Below, one piece after another: positions 41,730-55,909 of a stretch of 64,000 nt of DNA. Numbering within the stretch: position 1 is the first letter of the stretch; every line of letters begins with the position of its first letter. The position numbers and the translations under genes were made by a program. Below the pieces are notes generated by a model. It had not been told where the DNA came from, searched no databases, and saw only the letters and a program-made list of their open reading frames with translations. The stretch is from Chrysomallon squamiferum (taxonomy: Eukaryota; Animalia; Mollusca): NCBI GenBank assembly GCA_012295275.1, contig CM022665.1:4774001-4838000 (forward strand). The letters are read 5' to 3'.

Positions 41730-41966
41730 AACATTTAATGTCTTATAATATCAGCAAGCAGTTTACCATGACAAACTGGTTTAAATATTAGAAAATGCCT
41801 TGAATTTGAAATATCTCGTATTTTTTTCAGTGAAAAGAATTTTCTTTTTGCTTCAAATAATCATCTATTATGGAAATGTTTTTTTCTTGTATGCTTTGAA
41901 GACAATAATATGTGTGCGCGCGCGTGTGCGTGTTTGTGTGTGCGTGGAGTTGTGTGTGTGTGTGTG

Positions 41967-42054
<88 letters not shown>

Positions 42055-42821
42055 TAAAAACTCATATTTCAGCACTATTTGCTAAAGAAATGGCTAGAAG
42101 CATCCTTAAATACCAATTAGCGTGTTTATCATGATGACACTGATTTAAATTCTAGCAAGTGCATCTATCTTTCCTTTTTTTTTCTTTTTTTTTTTATAAC
42201 AGAAATAAACACGTATTTAAAGACGATATTCAGCAGAAATAAACATTATAACCATTTTTAAGTATCAGTTTGACTTTTGTGTAGCAATTTGATACAGGTT
42301 TAAACATTAGCAAGTGTTTTTGTTTTATAACGGAAATCTTTTTCTTGTTTTCTTTATATACGATGATAAAACCTTTTCTTAATAATAAAAATGTATTTAA
42401 CCACTGTGTGCAGCAGAAATGGATAGAAGCATCTTCAAGTATCAATCTGTGTGCCATGATGACTTTGGTTTAAATGGTAGTCATTTTTTTTAAAATCCAT
42501 TTTATTAGAAATCCTTCCTTGTTTTCTTTAAAGACAATAATAATTGAAATGGATAAAAATATTTTCAAGTATCAGTTAGTCTGTTTACCGTGACAAAAGT
42601 TTTTTTTTTTTTTTTTAAATACTGGCAAATTCATCTCTCTTTTTAAAATCCTTTATATATATAGAAAAATCTTTGTTTGTTGTTGTTTTTTTAAAAAGGA
42701 AGCGGGACAGGAATATATATATATATATACTGTTGTTGTTTATTTCAAAAACAATAATAATAACTGGTTGAAATATTGCCAAGTTCATCTTTCTGTACTG
42801 CCTAATAGTAATAATAATAAT

Positions 42822-42907
<86 letters not shown>

Positions 42908-43135
42908 GCCAACGTTTTTAACCGCAGTATGCTGCAGAAATAAGCAGAGGGATTTTCAAATATCAGTGAGATGGTTAACCACGTTGACACTGATTCAAAC
43001 ACTGGCAAATCCATCTGTATTTTTTCCTAAAATCCTTTCTAATGGAAATTGCTTTTTTTTTTTTTTTTTTTGCTTTAAAGACAATTTCTTCTTTTTAAAA
43101 ATAAAAACGTATTTAAACACCAAAAAATGGAAAGA

Positions 43136-43178
<43 letters not shown>

Positions 43179-43230
43179 CCCCTTGTATCAGCAAGAATGT
43201 TTACCATGTCTACATTGGTTTAAACACTGT
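41730..43230 (+). repeat. Degenerate tandem array of 7-8 units (mostly ~130-200 bp spacing) interrupted by microsatellites
   Basis: An ~80-bp core resembling GAAATGGATAGAAGCATYTTCAAGTATCAG....TGTTTACCATGATGACACTGGTTTAAAYACTRGCAAATYCATCT recurs at ~41740, 42087, 42236, 42416, 42546, 42760 (partial), 42936 and 43124. Confidence 0.8.
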
Positions 43231-43573
43231 GCAGACTTTGGGAATATCGACACGTTATCGAAATACTTGTGTCTGTACTCTGCTCTGCCAACTCACCTCT
43301 CTGTCTAGAAACAAACGTGCCGCTGGCTGGAGTGTCTACTTTTGCAAGATTATCAAAGGCGTTGTCAGATTGCAACCTCCGTGGCAAGGTTAGGTTTCAG
43401 CCGCTAGTCAAACCGATCTCAAACCAAAAATGAGTAGAAGAAGATAATTATTTTTACTTAGATTATATCTTATTTCAGATCATTCGAGAGAAAGAAAATG
43501 GTACAAATATTGATTCGCAAGTTTATGCAACTTAGGTTTAACCCGTCTGTCATGACCTTTAATGTATTCAACA

Positions 43574-43691
<118 letters not shown>

Positions 43692-43861
43692 TATACATAA
43701 GGAATTTGTGTATATGGGCTAAGCATATTTGACTGTATCAGCAGAAGTCGATGTGCTTATATTTCTTTCTAATTCGACTTAGAATTTATTTTCAGTATTT
43801 AACATTATGTTGAACGAGCAGATATTCTATACCTGATGTGACTGGAAATATTGCGCGCGCC

Positions 43862-43908
<47 letters not shown>

Positions 43909-46194
43909 TGACATACATCAAAACTACTCATATGTATCAAAACTACTCCATACAGCCAAAGAAAAACGCTTAATAAGGATTTATAAGACGCAAATACATT
44001 GATTTGGAGTGTCAATATTTTTGATAAAAATGTAATGAAATGTTAAGTTTCCGTTGACATCAATAAACGTCTTCAGTGTCTGAAAATGAGATCATGACTC
44101 TCCGGTGACTGCGAGACTCAGGCTGTGAATACCATTAGTCAAATTAGGTTTACGTTATTCGTTTCATTCTTTGCAGTTATCGCATTTTTAGGTCCCATTA
44201 AACGTACCTACTTTTACAAACGTTTATAATTTTCCAGATGCAAGCTGTCGCTAAGGCTTTAATTCTACAATGTGTTTTTCCTTCTTTTTCTTTTTTTTTT
44301 CTTTTTTTCACACTTTTTATTATTTTTTTTTTTTTTTTCCCCACACCAAAGCTATAGCTTACATGACACGATATTCGATTTTTTGTCTAACGTTTTCCTT
44401 TGAGGTGGTTTTCTCGATAGATTTTAATATCAAAACAACAGCGACACACTATAATTTTCGTTGTAATAATGGATTACTTTCAAATGTGTGTTTAGTTTTG
44501 TCAGTAAATGTTTGGTTTTTTTTTACTGTTACCGAAGGAGACGATGTTAGATTTTGTACTTTCTGTATTTCTTGTTTATTAATTTGTCATGCAGGAGATA
44601 GTTTATACGACAATATGTATCAGCAAATCTGTTACATGATAATATACACATACCCGAAAAAGGTATATAATAAAACATTAAAAAAATCCTCTCGAATCAG
44701 TCTTTTAATATTCTAGTATGTGTACATATTGAATTGGACAATTTTCAGTACTTATTATTATTATATAAAATAATCTCCAAACAGTGTTTTGATGCTAAAG
44801 GTACTAAGACGTTATATTCAAATTAAAAGAAGAAGAATATCTTCTAACATTACTGAAATGAAAAAGCAAAGTGAGATCAGAACGTTCTTTCAAGATGGAT
44901 GTATAGTATACCCTAAAGAAAATTAAACTAGCTATTAAACTGACAGTAATGTAATTGTAGATAATTTTTATGTTGTTTTATATCGTTTCTAGCACAGTTA
45001 TAGAATGTTTCTCTAAAAGTCTATCTTAGTAAAACATCGTCTGGCCGTCAGAGTAAATCATAAATTATTACTCTTCAATATTCAGAAGAAAAAAACAACT
45101 GATTTGCAGACAAACTAAAGAACAAACAAAATTAGAGAATAAAATTGATTGCTGGTGCAGAATAAATCATTATCATTTTTTTCTTTTTTTCCATCATGTA
45201 GCTGACTTACTTAAATATTTGAATTCAAAGCTTATGATGACTCTACCGGCGAGAAAGTAAATATGCATCTTCTTCTTTTTTTTCAATTTAGGTGTTTTCA
45301 CATGTAAACAATAATTAGAAAAAATGCGATAACAGAATATTTAATGTTTACTTAGGTAATTTCCAGGTACTTGTTTACATGCCAAAGCACGAACAATCAT
45401 GTGTATGGTTACTTCGGTTGTTTACTGAGTTATCTCTAAGGAAACTGACGTGCTTCTCCTCTCTTACATCAACCCTCTTAGATACAGAACTAAACTGTAA
45501 CAGCAATACCATCTAACGGTGGGGACAAGATACAACATACACACGTTAGATAAAAAAAAAAAAAAAAAAATAAGAATAGTTTTCAACGAAACCTCAGAAA
45601 GGTCGTGTAATTTCAAAAATTATTTCATTTATAGCAATTCCATTAGTTTGGATATTTGTTATCATGAGGCAACATCTGTTCTTTTGGGTGTTTTTTTTTT
45701 TTTCCTTCGTTTTAGAAAAACTGATTGCTAATGCTTCTGTGACTGTGTTTACATGCTTTTGTGAGTGTGTTATTTCACACAAACCAACCGATTAATAACA
45801 TTTTAAATATAAAACTAACAACACATTATTTAGTATTGACGGTATGACTCGTTTTATATTAAAAGCTCGTTTGCACTGATCGTTATAATCCAAGCTTTAT
45901 CATTCATCTTCTTCAGTGACCTGCTCGGTGTCTTCATCACGTCGCATTCGTGCGACATAATTTATAGCATGCGTCTGTTTACCATCACGTAAGATTTAAT
46001 GCTGTTCAGATAAGCATTATGGATTAAAAGTCAATACGAAAATTAAATTAGTTAGACTCATTATTCTCAATCGCCATTACCAATTTCCTGAGAAGATAAC
46101 TGCCGCTGCTTACTGTAAGCTGAGGAATTAGTTCGGGATCGGCGACCTGTAGCGCGAAATCTCGTAAGTGTTGCCCAGCGGTCAAACTGAGAGA

Positions 46195-46425
46195 CGAAAA
46201 ACTACGTTTTAAATTTCTCCAGTAAATCCGAGATGGAGACGTAACACACGACTGCTGTTGTTTTGAATTTCACGAAGAAAGACGAGTTCGAGATACAAAT
46301 GTAAGACTGTCATCGTTTTGGAACTTTTCGATGCAAGCCGAGATCAAGTGAAGTTGTAGGATTGCTGTTGTTTTGAATTAATTTCTCGATGACGGGCGAA
46401 TTCGAGACATGACAAAGCAAAAACT
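46195..46425 (+). repeat. ~55-bp minisatellite, 4 diverged units
   Basis: Units start near 46196, 46250, 46305 and 46360; consensus approximately GACTGCTGTTGTTTTGAATTTC.CGA.G.A.GCCGAGTTCGAGA. Confidence 0.75.
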
Positions 46426-47019
46426 GTTTAAATATTAAAATGTTTTTGTTTTTTTTGGTTTTTATAAGTTTCCTGAAGTAAGTCGGTTTCTAATCATAAC
46501 AAGATAAAAATAATAATTGTTTCTCTGAATGCTAGTCTTTTTAATTTTTATAACATAGCCGAATTGAAGACGAACAAGATAAAAAGAACTTAGAGATTTT
46601 AAGGAGCCGGAAATCGAAATGAGATTTTATTTTGTTGGCGGAAACATGCTTCGAAATTGGGCAGCAGTAAGCACCTGGTAAAAAACAAATATAAAATAAA
46701 AATAAAAAATCACATAATTACTTAGCCTGGAACTTACAAGCTATCTTTGTATCAGATCCGTCGTTTTCTGCAGTCGATCTGCTGTTGGAAAAGCAATATA
46801 TAGCGATAATACGATAAACAGTAAATGGCTGCAGGACCCTCATAAAACGCCGAGAACATGCATCCAAACACACTGATCACATACTTTACCCTACAAGATA
46901 AATACTTTGTGTACACACCACACACAACGAGGCAGCTGCAAGTTAATTGAATGGGAGTTGGCTGTTGATAGCTTGTGTGATCAAAAATATGATCTGCACC
47001 CCATCATTTCAAGGTTAAG

Positions 47020-47200
47020 ATACTACACCAAAAGCTTATGGTAAATACTTTCTTGTGTTTAGTAACGGGTTAAAAAAAAGAAAAAGATTCCTGCTACTAA
47101 CAATAGCTAAAAGAACGGAGCCTGCCGATTTCTTGGAAACTGTTTCAGAATTATTCATTGAATAATCATAAATTTTAATTTCACATTCATTTATTCGTTT
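47020..47200 (+). mobile_element. Possible highly diverged SINE remnant (same family as 37615-37844)
   Basis: ACCAAAAGCTTATGGTAAATACTTTCTTGTG ... AAAAGATTCCTGCTACTAA are colinear with the recalled family core; identity is low. Confidence 0.35.
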
Positions 47201-47561
47201 GTTAGATTTCGTGTGAAATGTCCTTTCACGTTAAAGCGAAAAGAGAAGCCGAAAGTATCTACAAGAATCGATCACTCACAAACATGTAGATAAAAAAAAA
47301 AAAAAAAAAAAATTATATATTTGTTCGGGTTAAAATCTGTTGGAGTGTTATGTAATAAAATATTTAAATCTATGCTACATTGCGCTTATTGGACTTTTTT
47401 AGTGGTTTTGCTTGTTTGTTTGATTGTTTATGAGAAAACTTCTTGTTGTAAATAACTTCTGAGACACCAAAAAAAAAAGCAATGACTTTTTTTTTTTCTT
47501 TTTTTATTTATTTATGATCTAGTGATGATACTTCCAGTTTATTTGAGACATTTATGCCCAT

Positions 47562-47739
47562 CGGAAGGAAGAGAATATTGATTTAATAAAACAGAAGCAT
47601 GGGTTCTTTGGTCTATTATTATATATCTGATACGTACTTCCTTGTGACATCTATTTTACTCTGTCGGAAAAGAAACTCCTTGGTCTCACTTCAACCGATT
47701 ATCAGTAATGGATCATTTATGTCAAATTTGACCACAAAC
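47562..47739 (-). mobile_element. Possible highly diverged SINE remnant (same family as 37615-37844)
   Basis: GGAAGGAA..ATTTAA tail and CCGATTATCAGTAATGGATCATTTATGTC...CCACAAAC resemble the reverse complement of the family core. Confidence 0.35.
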
Positions 47740-50700
47740 TATTAATTTTGTATTTACGGTTATGTGTTTTCTTTAAGCAGGAAAACGGTTATCATGTTCT
47801 GACGCGAACGGAAAGCGGACCAGAGGATTGTGTTTTAACCGACGAGCGATAAGAATGTGATACGGCGCAATGGGTTGTGAAAGAAATTCACTTACATGTT
47901 TACTGACGTATCATTTCAGCCACTGCTAATACAGTTTCGCATCAATCATTCTGCAAGTCTCTAACGTGATGCATGCGCACGTTTGGTCGTTCCGAATCGT
48001 TTAGTTGCTTGTTCTCGATCTTTGTGTTAGACACGCAAACCAAATACTGTAAATCCGTTGACGATGGTTTAATAAATAGTTTTAAAAACTTTTTTTATTT
48101 TTATTTTCTTTTTCGACATAGATTTCATGATTTTTACCATTAATACAATTTTATTGAACTTTTTGACACAACTGATTAAATTATTTATATTTTATACAAA
48201 TTCGGATTGTTCACACTCCATTAGACAAAAGCCTTACAGTGAAATGCTCTACGTATGTCGACTGTACCCAGTGAAGCTCTGACAGATTAATCTGGTTTAT
48301 AGGGGAGATACATCTTCTCTACAGCTTCTCTTACCAGCGATTTAATCCCTGAAAACAACTCAAGTTGATGGTCTGAACGCGCAGGATAGATATGCTTGAA
48401 TCTCTAATGCTATGGTCATAACTATAAAAAGAAGAATAATAATGATAATAAATAAAAAATTCTCTCCAGTGTATCATCTAATATGCTAAAACTGTCTTAG
48501 CGAAAACCTGGTTAGTGAATCTGGTTCCAGAACATATATGCTTGAATATGTCGATGAATTTCTTGAAATATTCTCAGAAATCTAATAAAACAGATGTTTA
48601 AATGGATCCATTAAAGTATTCCGACATACTGTAGAAATTCACCTCAGAATTTACATACATTTTTAAATCAACAGCTAAGTAAGTACACATTTAAATAGTA
48701 AACCATTTAAAATACATCTGTTGCCAATACGTTTCTGATTATTCTTCAAAAATCTCTTATTAGGTTCCTTTGCTGCTTATTTATTAATTTTTCTTGTCAA
48801 TTAGGGAGAAAAACACATATTTTACGATTCTCGAGATTTCCTTTGATGTATAATTATACACCAGAAACCTGTCTAGCGTATATGAAAGGAAACGAGACAA
48901 ATAATAAGTATTTGTTGATCACTTCTCATCTGAAATGATGTTCAGCGATTTCATCTCTTGAGAAATGTTCTCTTTTCATCATCTATCAAGAAGAAGCAGG
49001 GTAAGGACTTCTAATCAATTATGTCGTTGCCTTTTAACTTTTAAAAATTCCAATTTTGCTTCGTAATTTTATTATTACGTTTTACTGTATGGAATCGTAC
49101 CTAAATGTTCAGTTGTTTAAATGCCTTGTTATATGCGTGGTTAAAAATAGGTGGTGGTTGTGGTGGTAGCAGTAGTGGTGGTTGTGGTACTAGAAACAGT
49201 AGTTGCTGCTGCAGTAGTATTAATAGCAACTGTATTAGCAGCAGTATCAGTAGTAGTAGTTATTCCTGTGGGTAGCAAACGAAAAACACATCAGTTTCAA
49301 CAATGTTGTTAAAGTCAAAAATGAAGTTCAACCTCAAATCAGATATTATTATATTTGCATGAAAAAGAATCAAAAGGATTTCCTTACAGAAAATAGAGAT
49401 TTTATGCTTTAATTAGACCTGTTTACAAACTGAGTTATACGATTTCAAACAAATAAGGAAAATAAACAACAACAGCCGCTCGGATGTTCAAACTGACTAA
49501 AGGGAGAATTCAAAATGTCCTGGTTATATTTAGAATAGCAATATTAAAAATAGCGAGTTGGTACTTTAAAATTTTTATTTTATCAATAATTTTTATATAT
49601 CGGTCTGACTCGGTATATAAACCTGCCCGTTTATTTCAATATCTGAGTGTATATTTAAAATAAAACTGATACAGCAGCAACAATAAAAACTGAATGGTCA
49701 TGTTCTGTGGGCTTAACCAACGCATAATCAGCACAAAAATACCAGGCTCTCTTTTCTGAAAATATGATTATCTTTTCTTCACTTTATTAAAAGAAAAGGC
49801 TTTCTAAATCCGATACATCCCTTAATACATAAATAAGCTGAAGTGGTAAAAAAAAAAAAAAAAAAGCAAAGAAAAAAAGTGCAACGAATGCTTTAAATAG
49901 TTAACAGGTTCTGAAATAACAGAGAGAACTAAAATTCCCTATACGCATTTCAAGAACAATGGCGGTTGAGGGTTAATCGACACCAAACACTCTCTCTCTC
50001 TCTCTCTCTCTCTCTGCTGTTCCTCTGGCAAAAGCCCAGATGAAGTATGCACGCCGTGGCATTTCGAGTTTCTAAAGAATAAGTGTTGACAGGAGATAGC
50101 TGCCCTCCAGCACGTTTCTCCTTTTTGGATTAACTATCAACCAAAGCAATAGCGTGTCCCTGACCGGGTTTAACCCCAGCAACCAGGCCGCTGAGGGTTC
50201 ACTAATCACCGAGCTTTATTTCCAGAGAAGGTCTAATAACTAAATTTGACACGTCTTGACCACATACGTGGAAGGTCAGGCTTAGGATGAATAGAGAGTT
50301 TACACAATGAACGATTTCGTAAATTGTGTCGAAATTTGGTGTTAGTTCTATTTCGTTTCATGCAGGTTGGAGTCTTCGATCGCGATAGAAAAATAAATAA
50401 TAATGCTTTATGATCGCAAGGACTGCCAAATATCTGGTAATGTGAAATGGTTTGAAAACCATTTCATTAATTATCTTTTTTTATAGAAAAAAACAAAACA
50501 GGAATATTTTGTTTTAAAATCAGCACGCTATTTATTAGCTGTAGTCAAAACAGTTCTGTCTTAACAAAATATTATTATTTTAACTAACTGTTCCACATTA
50601 AGTCAGTTAATGCGACCATCCATTATTTCACTAAATTACGTTTTATAGTCTTTTTGTCTTATCGAAACTACATTTGAATTAGTTTTGAAATCCGCATGTA

Positions 50701-52026
50701 GACAGTGAGTTAAGTACCTGGTTATGAGTTTATGTGGCAAAAATGATTATAATTGATGTTTCTGCTTTTTTTGTTTTTTTTTTGCTCTTTTTTTTTTTTT
50801 TTGTATGTAGTCCATTACATTTCAACCAAGAATTAAGATTTTAGTTCTTCGATCTTTAAATTTGTGTGTCTTCGAGAAACGGACCAGATTCTTGATAATT
50901 ATTTCATCAAATTATTCGCATCTACCAAATAACAGAATCTTTCTTCGCTGGTTATTCTTTCCTGTTTCTTTTCTTTATCTATTCTCTTACTGCATCTTTA
51001 AATATTTTTTTTTTTTTCTTTCTCCATTCTTCCATCAAATGCCAGGAATAATCTGATGGCCGTGCGACGGTTCGCGCGTATTTTTATAATTTTTTTCGTT
51101 CACTGCCTTCACTCTCTTGCTTAAATGAGGTCGATTGATATCGCACAGCTTCTGGCATTTTGCTTGTTTTTTTGGATTTCTTTCTTCTTCTTTTTTCTTT
51201 TTTTTTTTTTTTTTTTTTTCTTTTTTTTTATTTTTTTTTTTTTTTTTTTTTTTGCCCCGAACAGTCCATGTGGTAAATTTCTGATGGTGATTAGGTTATA
51301 TATTACGCAATGCGATATATCCACAGTTACCGTGTGACATAAAAACAAAATGTTCAAACTCCCCAGGAATTCAACACCGAATTGAAATCAAGTTAAAACG
51401 CTCCGGGGTTTCTCAGCATGCAGTGGTGTCTTGAGTCCCATTAGATGCTTTGATTATCTGTCCTCGATGAGCGGGTAAAAAAAAAAGAACATCTTATTTA
51501 TACATTTCCTACAAACATGTCTTTATAAAACAATCTATAAAATCGATAAGAAATCAACATGCATTTCAATAACGGCTGTGAATGTTAGTGTTTATTTTGT
51601 ACTCAAATTGTCAAGCATGCATCATTTCACAAACGAATAAATAATAAGGGGAAAAAAATAATAATATTAGTCACTAATATATTAGCTGTATAAAATTCAC
51701 ATCAGTGGAAAGATGAGTTATAATCGGAAGTATCTTGTTCTGCAACTCCTAGGTTTCTCTCTGTAGAAAAGAAAAGAAAAGAGGAAATATTGTGATAAGA
51801 AAAAGAGATATATAAAAAGAGTTAATTAACATCTGACATCTTAACTGTGTGTTAACGTATCAGTATCAGTAACTAGACTGTTTATGTCGTTGTTTACCCA
51901 GCTAACGATTTCTTCAGTGTATGAATCATACAGAAACTGAAGAAAAACGTATGCGAACTCGACTTCACGTGTATGTCTGTGTGTATGAGTGTGTGTGTAT
52001 GTGTGTGTGAGCGCGCGTATGTGTCT

Positions 52027-52061
<35 letters not shown>

Positions 52062-52660
52062 CGAGCGTGCGTGTCTGAATATTTAGAAGAGAAATTTTGT
52101 GAGTGTAAGTGTCTGTGTGAACTTATTTGTTTATATATATATATATTTTTTTTTGTTGTTCTCCGCGCATGTTGATATGCAGCTATATCTATATTCTTTT
52201 ATCTATATAAAGTTAATAAAATAAATTTTGGCTTTATGATCTGAATTTATTATCCTTTTGTTCGCAATAGAAAATTCAGAATCGATTTATCACATGTCGT
52301 ATTTATTTTTCCTCAGTATTCGCCTGTTAAAACATTATCTAGCTAATGCTCCGAGTTCACGGGATAATAAGGGATAATTAAAGTGAAGAAATACAAACAC
52401 ATAAAAATATTTACATCCGTATCTAGAAGGTAAAATGGTAGTTAAATAACAATTACTCATTCCAATTATCCGAGCAGTTCAGGGAATTTTACAAAATAAG
52501 ATTTGTTTTAGGGATTTTTTCCTTCCATTTGTGCTAATTAATGAGATTTTGTTGTCTACTTGTAAATGAAAGTGTGTGGAGGTGCAATAAGAAGGAAAGT
52601 CATTATGCAGACGCAAAGCTTTTAAGCAAGGAAATGCTGGGTTTGAGACTTAAAAAAAAA

Positions 52661-52674
52661 AAATAATAATAATA

Positions 52675-52743
<69 letters not shown>
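52661..52743. repeat. (AAT)n microsatellite
   Basis: Perfect run. Confidence 0.95.
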
Positions 52744-53255
52744 TTACAGATTGAAACCGCTCTTCAAAGACAGTGAAAAAACATTATTCATAATATATAT
52801 ATATATATATATATTTTTATCTTCTTAATCCGAGCTAAGAAAGTCTAAATTAAATTGTGTGCTCACCTTTGTGCAGAAGCATGCAAAAATTAGGTTATTA
52901 TTTTCTAATGTCTGTTGTAAATACAGACGTGCATAATATTTTTAAAAAAATGAAAGATTTAAAATATTTCCTACGAAAGTGCAGATTTAACGTTCATATG
53001 CTTTCCGCAATAAAAGTCTTGTCTTTTATATAGAGCATAAAAGTAAAGTTATTTTGTTGATAAGAAATCAGGTGAAAGAGAAGTGCGATAGAAAGAGACA
53101 GAAACTTAGACGAAAAACAGATCAAAGTTAGACATCTAAACATTTTTTAAAACTGTAAAGAGAAAGAAAAAAACGGACAGAGATGAAATAAATAAAGAAT
53201 GAGACATGCAGTTGATAAAGGTCAAAAGAGAAAAAGAGAGAGTCAGAGATGAAAC

Positions 53256-53363
<108 letters not shown>

Positions 53364-54172
53364 CAGACAGACCTCACTATCAAACAGCTAGCGATTTAAA
53401 TATAAATTATTGCCTGAGGTTTCTTCAATATTAATTTGGACAGTACCTGAAGTAGTTTCTAGCAACACACTGTTTAGCCGTTACTCAAATGCGATTTAAA
53501 GGATATTAGTGATGATGTGTCTGAAATTGCTTACATTGAAAACATGTTTTGTTTGTTATTGAGCATCACGTACAGCCAATTACAAATAGAGAACAGATGG
53601 GCATTTCACTTTTATTACTCCACTCTGAATAAATGCGACCTTGTGAAACATGATTCGAACTGATCGATGGACGATTGGGAAATTTCAATTATATGTTCCG
53701 TCCGACAGGCGTATGGCCGATACTAAAGAAATGATATTGGGTATATTGATATGTCTGTTCTGTCATACGGGAATCGGTTTGTAAAACAGAAACACTCTTT
53801 ACAGTGTAAGAATATGCAAAGGAATGGCTGCATAAGACGGGAACACTTGTTCCTGATGTCTTTGCCCAAGAGACACACGTTTCTTAAAACATTCGTGGAA
53901 CAAAGCTTTAAATTCTTTACACATTGATCAAAGACGGTATGTTATATATACGTTTTAGAGCCAGTATATTCATACGCCCAGCAGTGGCTTTAAAATTTTG
54001 GCTGTTTTAAAATGACAGTCTCATATGTCGAGAACTGGAAACAGTAATTGATTTTCATCCCTTCATCATCAGACACGCTGATTTCTCTCATTTTACTAAT
54101 TTTATTTCTGTTGATATCGTGGTCATTTAATAGTTACATATATAGAGAGACACAGAGAGTCATATAGATGGA

Positions 54173-54211
<39 letters not shown>

Positions 54212-54804
54212 GTACTGCCTTTGAAATGTGTTTGATTGTTTTTGATTATTTTTTTTTAATTTGTAGATATTTTTTTCTTTCTTTCTTTTTCTTTCTTTCG
54301 TTCATCTGGGATTTTTTTTTCTTTCTTTCTTTCATAGTAACCAGAAATAATCAAATGAGTTTGGAAAATAAATTGCTTTGAAAAGTAAGTCATCACATTA
54401 GTGTACGGTTTCGGCTTCGACAGCAAAATGAAGAATAAAAAATTAAAACGTCAAGGACGTTGAAAGAATTTGCAGCAAGAAGGGTTTCAGCCATTTAAGA
54501 AACAATAAAATTAAAACATAGACGGAAGAACATTGTTTGAAAACGCAAAGAAGTGCTGTCGAATAGGACGAACTAGACACGAAGGCACTATTACTTCGAC
54601 CAATTTACAAAACCTTTTTACAAATAAGCTAATTTCAGCACCAGCCATTGCCTCATTTCTGGTCTGAAGATGTTGTCCGTGAACAGTGTTAGCAAAAGAG
54701 CATTAATGTTTGTTTGAAAATGGCAGGATGACCATCGAACTGTGGCTTGTTTAGAAAGATGGAAGATCTTTTGTGTCTAAGCTATGCATAAAGACACACA
54801 CGCA

Positions 54805-54926
<122 letters not shown>

Positions 54927-55818
54927 CATTCTTTACCTAAAAACCATTCAGATAATATAAGAAAGAATGATCATTTACCAAAAAAAAAAAAAAAAAATTT
55001 AATGAACGACGTGTATAAAAAGTGTATGATGGAACAATACACATTCCAAACACACACACACACACGATACATATACATATGCTTAAACATATAAACACAT
55101 AGAACAAACCACACACATACACACACAGACAGAAACAAACACAACGTGCCAGTCCTGTAATTATGTCTAGTTTTAGAGACTACAGTTTATACCTTTATCT
55201 CGAGACGGCAACAAAAAAGTATTGTTTCAGAAGTCTCTTTGATGCCGCTGACGTTCAGAAAGGATCCCAAGACTCGAGATGTTAACAACGACACGAAGGT
55301 GCAATAACTTTAATAATTGTGTTTAGCTGTCGGTGAGCGGCATTAGATAGTCTTTGACCAAAGGTTCTAATATTATGACCAGTGTCTAGACAAAAACCGT
55401 TCACAAATCGGACTATTAATACAAAGTTTATTCCCTTCAAACCGCCGGTCTGTTTGTCCCAAGACGTTTATTTAGGAGAACTGATCAAATAAGTGCTTCT
55501 CAGATTTGATTTCCTTCTTTCATTTATATATTTTTATCGGTTGTTTTTATTATTATTGTATTTTTTTTATGGTTTTTTTTTTTTATTTTTAATAATAAGT
55601 ATTTCGTCAGAATGACGTAAGGCTTTTAAATTAATCTGATTTTTTTATTATTATTATTATTATTGTGTTATACAGAACAAAAAAGTAAGGATTAAGAAAA
55701 ATGCGAAAATAAACGATTTTGGAAAGATTTCATAAATGCGGGTGTTGAAATAATAATAATAATAGTAATAATAATAATAATAGTAGTAATAATAAATCGT
55801 AGCAGAAGTGATACAGAG

Positions 55819-55822
<4 letters not shown>

Positions 55823-55908
<86 letters not shown>

Positions 55909-55909
55909 G
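55823..55909. repeat. (GA)n-(GACA)n microsatellite
   Basis: Visible run. Confidence 0.95.

Noticed and set aside
41730-43230. CRISPR-like repeat-spacer array
   Set aside because: Eukaryotic context, long highly diverged repeats, irregular low-complexity spacers and no cas genes.
53650-53780. Additional ancient SINE copy (also ~60.85 kb and ~63.1 kb)
   Set aside because: Similarity is too patchy to support without a profile search.
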